This document shows positions 58,373 to 64,000 of a stretch of DNA of 64,000 nucleotides, in pieces. Each line of letters opens with the position of its first letter. Within the stretch, counting starts at the first letter, position 1. Origin of the DNA: a virus (taxonomy: Duplodnaviria; Caudoviricetes); IMG/VR virus record IMGVR_UViG_3300010163_000002, positions 96,001-160,000 of that record; one strand, 5' to 3'. The position numbers and the translations under genes are program-made. The notes under the pieces were generated by a model. It saw only the letters and a list, made by a program, of their open reading frames with translations. It ran no database searches and was not told where the DNA came from.

Positions 58373-58398
58373 TACCAGAGGGAGCGATCCCTCTGGTA
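58373..58398. terminator. Bidirectional hairpin terminator
   Basis: TACCAGAGGGA-gcga-TCCCTCTGGTA. Confidence 0.8.
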
Positions 58399-58410
58399 CA
58401 AATTTATCAT

Positions 58411-58806
58411 TTACAATAAATTATTTTCTGTAAGTACACGTTTAGTAGCAAGTTGAAAAACTCTATTATTAATAAATTCATTTGTTCCTGATATTCCATA
58501 TGTATATGCAAGTTTTATGTATAATTCCTTTGTTATATTAATACTTACTAAATAATTAATAATCGTAATATATTTTTTCATTTCTTTTTTATATTCATTA
58601 GATGAAGTAATATCTGGCCGATTATTAAATTTTGGTATTAAATTTTCATGTTCATGTATTGTCTTCTCAATAATAGAGTTCAATTCATTAGTATAATTAA
58701 CAATAATTCGATTTTTATACTTATCAAAAATTCCAATATAATCAAGAGTCGCTATAGCAAATAAAAATATACCAACTGAAAATCCTATTACTAGTAAAAT
58801 CGACAT
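58411..58806 (-). CDS. Single-TM membrane protein (paralog triplet D)
   Basis: N-terminal TM; 'LNSIIEKTI', 'ELYIKLAYTYG', 'INNRV'. Confidence 0.72.
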   Translation of the reverse strand: MSILLVIGFSVGIFLFAIATLDYIGIFDKYKNRIIVNYTNELNSIIEKTIHEHENLIPKFNNRPDITSSNEYKKEMKKYITIINYLVSINITKELYIKLAYTYGISGTNEFINNRVFQLATKRVLTENNLL

Positions 58807-58867
58807 TTATTTTCCCACCTTATTATTTTTATATTTTAACAAAAGTATATATTCAAGCTTTTTTGCA

Positions 58868-59263
58868 TTATAATTTTGACTCTATTGATGTCATTATATA
58901 ATTTGTTACCGCATATATTATTCTATTTTTAATAACTTGGTCTGCTTTTGGTATACCATATAATAAAACCAAATTTTTATATAATTCAGTTGGCATATCA
59001 CACATGATATCGGTATTAATATACATGGCATATTTTGCAATTTCTTTTTTAAACTTATCTGACATTATATTGCCATCTATTGTAGAAAGCATTGAATCAT
59101 ATTTATATATAGAATTATCAATTACCGCATCTAATCTAGCAATAGTCTCTTGTTCATTGCATGATGATTTATTGCCTTTACTCAAAAATTTAATTTGTTT
59201 GGTAATTATTATTGCAAAAATTAAAATTAATAATATTGTAAATACGTAATATATTGCAGCCAT
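58868..59263 (-). CDS. Single-TM membrane protein (paralog triplet D)
   Basis: N-terminal TM; 'LDAVIDNSI', 'ELYKNLVLLYG', 'IKNRI'. Confidence 0.72.
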   Translation of the reverse strand: MAAIYYVFTILLILIFAIIITKQIKFLSKGNKSSCNEQETIARLDAVIDNSIYKYDSMLSTIDGNIMSDKFKKEIAKYAMYINTDIMCDMPTELYKNLVLLYGIPKADQVIKNRIIYAVTNYIMTSIESKL

Positions 59264-59266
59264 TAT

Positions 59267-59713
59267 TTATTTTTTACCCTCCTTATTATTTGCCATATTG
59301 AATGAAAGTATGAATTCAAGCTCTTTTGCATATACTCTTGACCCTATTGCTTTTCCTATATAATCTGAATCATATAATAATGCAAGCTGACGCTGCAGTG
59401 TACTTGAAATTTTTTCTGTTACTTTTTCTGTAACATATTCGGTCATTTCTTTTTCGGCCTTGTTATTTATGTAGTACAAGTTTTTAGGTTTTAGTTGATA
59501 TAATACATATTCGTCTATGGTTTCGTCAATTATATAATCAAGATGCCCTATAATTTCTTCTTCAGAGTATTTTGTTGATACCAGTTTTAAGCTGCTATCA
59601 TTGTCAAACTTTAATGCTAAAATATTAGTGATAATATTTGTAAATTTATTTATCACAATAAGTAATAAATACAACCATACAAGCAAAATTATTTTAATTA
59701 CTAAAGATTCCAT
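59267..59713 (-). CDS. Single-TM membrane protein (paralog triplet D)
   Basis: N-terminal TM; 'LDYIIDETI', 'TLQRQLALLYD', 'IGSRV'. Confidence 0.72.
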   Translation of the reverse strand: MESLVIKIILLVWLYLLLIVINKFTNIITNILALKFDNDSSLKLVSTKYSEEEIIGHLDYIIDETIDEYVLYQLKPKNLYYINNKAEKEMTEYVTEKVTEKISSTLQRQLALLYDSDYIGKAIGSRVYAKELEFILSFNMANNKEGKK

Positions 59714-59714
59714 A

Positions 59715-59888
59715 TTAGTCTCCTTTCGGTAATGCGTAATGATCTATTTCTGTTATTCCATTTGGGTACTTTGTAATCTGTTTAACTAATTTATTATCTA
59801 CATATTTACTTTCTTCTATGAAACCATCTGGGTGTTGCTCGAATATAACATTTCCATTTTCATCTTTCTTTACTATATTATTTTCCAT
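59715..59888 (-). CDS. Small hypothetical protein (57 aa, not in the ORF track)
   Basis: MENNIVKKDENGNVIFEQHPDGF...; GAGGGG RBS; fills the operon gap. Confidence 0.6.
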   Translation of the reverse strand: MENNIVKKDENGNVIFEQHPDGFIEESKYVDNKLVKQITKYPNGITEIDHYALPKGD

Positions 59889-60195
59889 TGTTCCCCTCGC
59901 TTTTCAACCTATTTTTGAACCATCGTTTCATTTTTCTTATTTTATTGCTTTTAATAGCCTTTGTATGCTCAATAGAATACATTGGTAAAACATTTCTTTT
60001 TTGCAGTTCTTCTATCAGCGCATCTACATGATAAAATTCTGTCATTATATCATCGGCATTTGTGGAAGATATATTATGTGGATTATGTGCGTCTAATCCA
60101 AATCTTAATGCTTTTGATACTGCTTGAGTTACCTCTGCGCATTCTTCCATTATGCCAATTAATAATTCTTCATTACTTATCAATTTAAACACCAC
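59878..60195 (-). CDS. MazG-like NTP pyrophosphohydrolase-fold protein
   Basis: 'MEECAEVTQAVSKALRFG' and 'TEFYHV' MazG-type helices. Confidence 0.7.
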   Translation of the reverse strand: MVFKLISNEELLIGIMEECAEVTQAVSKALRFGLDAHNPHNISSTNADDIMTEFYHVDALIEELQKRNVLPMYSIEHTKAIKSNKIRKMKRWFKNRLKSEGNNGK

Positions 60196-60268
60196 CTTTA
60201 ATAAATTTATTTAATTGTTTGGGGATTCTTAAACATCAAAATAATGTAATATAAAGGAGGGTGTTAAT

Positions 60269-60892
60269 ATGATTACAGAGCAAAATAACCCCGTATTAGC
60301 AGATCCAGCTAGCGATTATATATTAACAATGGCAGTTACCCGGTCAGCATTATATGATACAGAAGTGTACTCTAGATTCATTTATTCATGCGAAAATACA
60401 TTTAGAAATTCATTGTTCTATAAAGGATACAAGAATTTTCTAATGAATATGGGATTTGATAGGGATCAGAATATGCCAGGAATTACATCAGATATGGCTA
60501 CTATTGAACTACATCATCATTTTCCAACGTTAAAACAGGCAGCTATTATGATTACTGAACATCTTCTTAATATTAAAGGTTGCGCCACAACATTTGAAGT
60601 TGTTCAGTTATTAGAGCAGGCTCATAGAAAAAATTGGTTTTCTGTAATATTTTTATCAACCACAAATCACCAGGCCCATCATGATAATCCATCTGATTTT
60701 ATTTCATTAAAACAATGTGTTGGAGATGGAATTAAATTTATAGATGCATATATAGATGGTATGACCCTTGATATTTGTTTTAATATGCTTCTACAATTTA
60801 AGCAAGAAGAGCAATACGGGGGTTCATTTAATCCTAAGATGGTTAAAGCAAGAGATCAGATTGTGGACTGGTCTATTAAGAATCCTTATTAA
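60269..60892 (+). CDS. Hypothetical protein, HNH-like motif
   Basis: 'TIELHHH', 'LSTTNHQAHH'; AACA-N6-TAA upstream. Confidence 0.55.
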   Translation: MITEQNNPVLADPASDYILTMAVTRSALYDTEVYSRFIYSCENTFRNSLFYKGYKNFLMNMGFDRDQNMPGITSDMATIELHHHFPTLKQAAIMITEHLLNIKGCATTFEVVQLLEQAHRKNWFSVIFLSTTNHQAHHDNPSDFISLKQCVGDGIKFIDAYIDGMTLDICFNMLLQFKQEEQYGGSFNPKMVKARDQIVDWSIKNPY

Positions 60893-60897
60893 TATAT

Positions 60898-60921
60898 GGG
60901 AGAGGGTTAATTCCCTCTCCC
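60898..60921. terminator. Hairpin terminator
   Basis: GGGAGAGGG-ttaatt-CCCTCTCCC. Confidence 0.78.
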
Positions 60922-60981
60922 TGAAAAGTTTGTTATTATTATTTATATAATATAATAGTAGATAAAAGGAAAATATATTAA

Positions 60982-61293
60982 TTGGGTAGTCGCTTGAGGC
61001 CCGTTATAAGCGAGAAAGAGGAACTTATGAAAGTAAGTAAAAAAGCAGAAGGAGTATTTTGGGTTTTTTGGAATTATGCTAATATGTCAATAGATGTATT
61101 GCGTAAATATAAAAAATATAAAGAAGCAGATAATCTATATCATGAAATGGATAAATGCAATGATGAGTATATCGTTGCAATTGGAGATTTATTTCTTCAC
61201 GACAATTCAGATAAAGCTAGACAATTTATTGTTAAATATGAAGAATATATTGATAAAATTAAAGTTTACCTTAAATCTAAAGGTAAACTATAA
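60982..61293 (+). CDS. Hypothetical protein
   Basis: ORF; likely start MKVSKK after AGAGGA. Confidence 0.6.
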   Translation: MGSRLRPVISEKEELMKVSKKAEGVFWVFWNYANMSIDVLRKYKKYKEADNLYHEMDKCNDEYIVAIGDLFLHDNSDKARQFIVKYEEYIDKIKVYLKSKGKL

Positions 61294-61297
61294 GTAT

Positions 61298-61331
61298 TAC
61301 ATAAAGCCGGTGCGACAATCGGCTTTATGTA
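61298..61331. terminator. Hairpin terminator
   Basis: TACATAAAGCCG-N10-CGGCTTTATGTA. Confidence 0.65.
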
Positions 61332-61361
61332 TCCTCAAATCTCTTATTTTTTTTATCTGAT

Positions 61362-61374
61362 GACATGAAATTAA
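61362..61374 (+). promoter_or_regulatory. ACA-N6-TAA phage promoter motif
   Basis: GACA-tgaaat-TAA upstream of 61403. Confidence 0.55.
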
Positions 61375-61402
61375 ATATCTATAGAAAGGGGTGTTAAAAG
61401 CG

Positions 61403-64000
61403 ATGATATATCCCGATAAAACCATGACCGATAATGCATTTCTTGATAATGTAATTTATTATGCTAAATTAATGGCATTAAATTGTACGGTAAAAGATCA
61501 AGAAGAAGCATTATCCTATGAAACTCCTGAAAGCCTTAAGGCTAGAGAATTACTTATAGCATCGGTTGAGGGAACTTCAATATATGAAATGTATCCGTCT
61601 ATACCAAAAGATATCATTGAGAAGTATATTACTCTTAGGAGTAATCTTGATATATATGCTGAAAGTAATGAAGCACTTAAAACTCATATGAATTCTTTTA
61701 GCTTATACAAGAGAACAGAGATTATGGATAAAATTTCTAAGGCTGCATGCAAAGTATATGTAGATCATTATGAAATTATGACAGAGTATCTTAATGAGAT
61801 TGAGGATACATGGTTTGCTGATAATAAGAATTTATATGATAAGTGTAAAAAACTTTCTGCAACATATGAAGATTTATATAATGCATTGCCAGAAAAAACA
61901 AAACATAGAATTCTTAAGACTTACATAAATAATTATGACGATACAGATCTTGAAGCATTAGCAAAAGATTTGGATTTATTTAAAGAGTATATTGCTAATC
62001 GTTCAGATTCAGCAATTGATGAAGAAATATTGAAAATAAATAATGCTATGCGCGACGTATTTGTTAGCCATTATGATATAATGGTAATGAGAGGATATGT
62101 CAAGAACGATAGCACTACATGGAGAAAATATATTGATGAGGTTAAAACTTATAAAAAGTGTTTAGCTGGAACAGCTTCATACTACGAACTATATGATTTA
62201 TTTCCAAAAGATGAATTGGAAATTGTTCTTAATGAGTGCCTTGGTAATACTGTAGTTGTTACATATAATCTATTAAATTCTGTCAATATGCTTGATGGAT
62301 ATATAAAGACAATATCGCAGACTCCCAAAGATGATGCAGAAAAACTTAATAAAGCTATGACCGCTAAATATATTGCCAACTACAGCATGTATATGAACTA
62401 TGAAATGTATATGCTGTGTATAGATGATTTGGTAGATTATTACAAATTATCCGAATATTTGCCATATGAAACAAGAAAAATGGTTATAAATACGCAGGTA
62501 AAAGAAATAACTAATATTCAAGTGTATGCGGAATCTAAGAATATGCTTAATTCATTTCTTGCTACACTGCCTAGAGATGAATGTAAAAGAATTAAGGATG
62601 CTATATTAAAAGATATGCAGGAATGGTATCCTAAACATCATATAGAAAAGAATAATTACTATAGAGCATTAATAGGTTTACCGCCTATGGAAAATGGAGT
62701 GGCATTTGAAGATACCCTATCTCATACATGGAATCAAGAAGAACGTTCATTTAGAGAATTTGGTAAGAGGTTTTTGAATATGCTTCCAGAAGATTTATAT
62801 CCTGGAGCTCATTGGAGGCAAAATCTATATGAGTTTGATTCATATGATATGGGTATACTTAATCAATATGGAGTAATAGATGCATGGATTGCTGCAGCAG
62901 GCGCTAATATAAACGATATTCGCTATAGATATTTAAAGTATCTTGGTGATAGTAAACTTGATATTTACATATGCAGCAAAGCAATGGAGTTCCAATTGAT
63001 TGGAGTTCCTACAATAGATGATACTTTGTTTAAACGTAAATTTATAGATAAATTTACTGTAAATAGAGACTATGTAATCAGAACAGTTTACTCCGATGCA
63101 CACAAGTTTCAGTCTGATTATTATAATAAATTTATTATTATTTTTATATTAATGAATACCATTATGGATCTTTGCACAGATATACCAGAATATATTATCA
63201 ACAGAGATGTATTTGATTCAAGATGTGTTAAATATTTATTTGAATCATTTGGAATTCCGTACTATTCTGAAATACCGTTTAAGTATCAGAAAGCAATGCT
63301 TAAAAATCTTAATACTTTGATTAAATACAAATCAAGTACTAGAAATATGATTGATATATGCTCTTTATTTGGTTTTTCTGATGTAAGAGTATTTGGATAT
63401 TATCTATTTAAACAAATGAATGTAGACCCACATACGGGAGAATATTTATTTGAGGATGCAAGTCAAATAGATTATAGTCTTGACGATCTTTATGTTAGAG
63501 ATGCTAATGGAGAGATTGTTGATTATACAGGCATTAGATATTCAAGATTATCAACTTATCGTCATTATGATGAAGATAAATATACTAAACAAATTACCAT
63601 ACAAAATGAAGATGGTACATCAACAACAAAGCGCATTATTAGAAATGATGCTAATGTGTATATAAAAGATCCAGTATCTAATGAATATATTTCATTAAAA
63701 GATGCTGATTATTTTAAAAAAATAAAAGCAGATGTTAAACCTGCAGACCTTAAGTTTATTAAAGTTCCGGTAGATGAACAATTAACAGAATATAAGAATG
63801 ATCCAGATTATCTAGTTAACTATGATGAGATGGTTTATCAAGATGAGGGTAATACATGGGATGCTGGAGAAGATCATTGGAAACTCAGGCAAGATATTCT
63901 TGACTATGAGTTTAATGCTGTCAAAAGCAAATATATTTCTGTAGAAACAGTAACAGAAATGACAGAATTATCATTCCAGGTTTCATACTTCTATAATCTA
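61403..64000 (+). CDS. Large putative virion/baseplate protein, truncated by the window end (not in the ORF track)
   Basis: ATG after AAAGGGG with GACA-N6-TAA upstream; reads MIYPDKTMTDNAFLDNVIYY..., 'EKNNYYRALIGLPP', 'LIKYKSSTRNMIDICSLFGF'; appears open to 64000 (spot-checked, not every codon). Confidence 0.7.
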   Translation, partial: MIYPDKTMTDNAFLDNVIYYAKLMALNCTVKDQEEALSYETPESLKARELLIASVEGTSIYEMYPSIPKDIIEKYITLRSNLDIYAESNEALKTHMNSFSLYKRTEIMDKISKAACKVYVDHYEIMTEYLNEIEDTWFADNKNLYDKCKKLSATYEDLYNALPEKTKHRILKTYINNYDDTDLEALAKDLDLFKEYIANRSDSAIDEEILKINNAMRDVFVSHYDIMVMRGYVKNDSTTWRKYIDEVKTYKKCLAGTASYYELYDLFPKDELEIVLNECLGNTVVVTYNLLNSVNMLDGYIKTISQTPKDDAEKLNKAMTAKYIANYSMYMNYEMYMLCIDDLVDYYKLSEYLPYETRKMVINTQVKEITNIQVYAESKNMLNSFLATLPRDECKRIKDAILKDMQEWYPKHHIEKNNYYRALIGLPPMENGVAFEDTLSHTWNQEERSFREFGKRFLNMLPEDLYPGAHWRQNLYEFDSYDMGILNQYGVIDAWIAAAGANINDIRYRYLKYLGDSKLDIYICSKAMEFQLIGVPTIDDTLFKRKFIDKFTVNRDYVIRTVYSDAHKFQSDYYNKFIIIFILMNTIMDLCTDIPEYIINRDVFDSRCVKYLFESFGIPYYSEIPFKYQKAMLKNLNTLIKYKSSTRNMIDICSLFGFSDVRVFGYYLFKQMNVDPHTGEYLFEDASQIDYSLDDLYVRDANGEIVDYTGIRYSRLSTYRHYDEDKYTKQITIQNEDGTSTTKRIIRNDANVYIKDPVSNEYISLKDADYFKKIKADVKPADLKFIKVPVDEQLTEYKNDPDYLVNYDEMVYQDEGNTWDAGEDHWKLRQDILDYEFNAVKSKYISVETVTEMTELSFQVSYFYNL

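Noticed and set aside
2584-63665. Numerous short opposite-strand or alternate-frame ORFs in the track (e.g. 8394-8795, 10899-11213, 32307-32747, 36392-36793, 37205-37603, 40415-40690, 62182-62379, 63480-63665)
   Set aside because: They lie inside longer, motif-bearing genes, lack RBSs and look like shadow ORFs.
1-64000. CRISPR array, tRNA or rRNA genes
   Set aside because: No regularly spaced direct repeats or cloverleaf-compatible intergenic sequences were seen; intergenic gaps are short and explained by terminators and promoters. tRNAscan-SE would be decisive.
1-64000. A second VR/target gene for the DGR
   Set aside because: No other copy of the GGCGTGCGGCCCCG end or of the TR-like sequence was noticed by eye in this window; remote targets elsewhere in the genome are not excluded.
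1-64000. Stop-codon reassignment as in some gut jumbo phages
   Set aside because: Standard-code ORFs tile the window densely, and TAA, TAG and TGA all end genes at sensible positions.

Overview
This AT-rich, densely coding 64 kb window uses the standard genetic code and looks like part of a jumbo bacteriophage genome of the phiKZ/AR9-like type, which encodes its own multisubunit RNA polymerases. The host is probably an anaerobic Firmicute (strong AGGAGG RBSs, class III RNR). The window encodes three split RNAP subunits (beta C-terminal piece; beta' piece with the ADFDGD catalytic motif; a second beta' piece). Replication and nucleotide genes include GyrA/GyrB, DnaB, a RecD/Dda-like helicase, an SbcD-like nuclease, a PD-(D/E)XK nuclease, RNase H, dTMP kinase, DHFR and an NrdH-NrdD-NrdG-FTR module. 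There are also macrodomain, MazG-like and protein-kinase-like genes, large virion proteins and several tandem paralog arrays. The clearest system is a complete diversity-generating retroelement (DGR) inside a tail-fibre operon: target 40163-41041 with VR 40943-41031, a hairpin, avd, TR 41984-42072 and RT. All 15 TR/VR mismatches fall at TR adenines. Less expected observations: (1) two divergently transcribed neighbouring genes carry VR-less homologues of part of the DGR target; (2) a short terminal peptide motif (M-[CV]-[RKS]-[IV]-[VI]-[NDE]) is shared by Avd, DnaB and three other proteins; (3) an ACA-N6-TAA phage promoter motif also precedes avd; (4) a family of GC-rich hairpin terminators. 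All calls come from reading motifs by eye; no database search was run.
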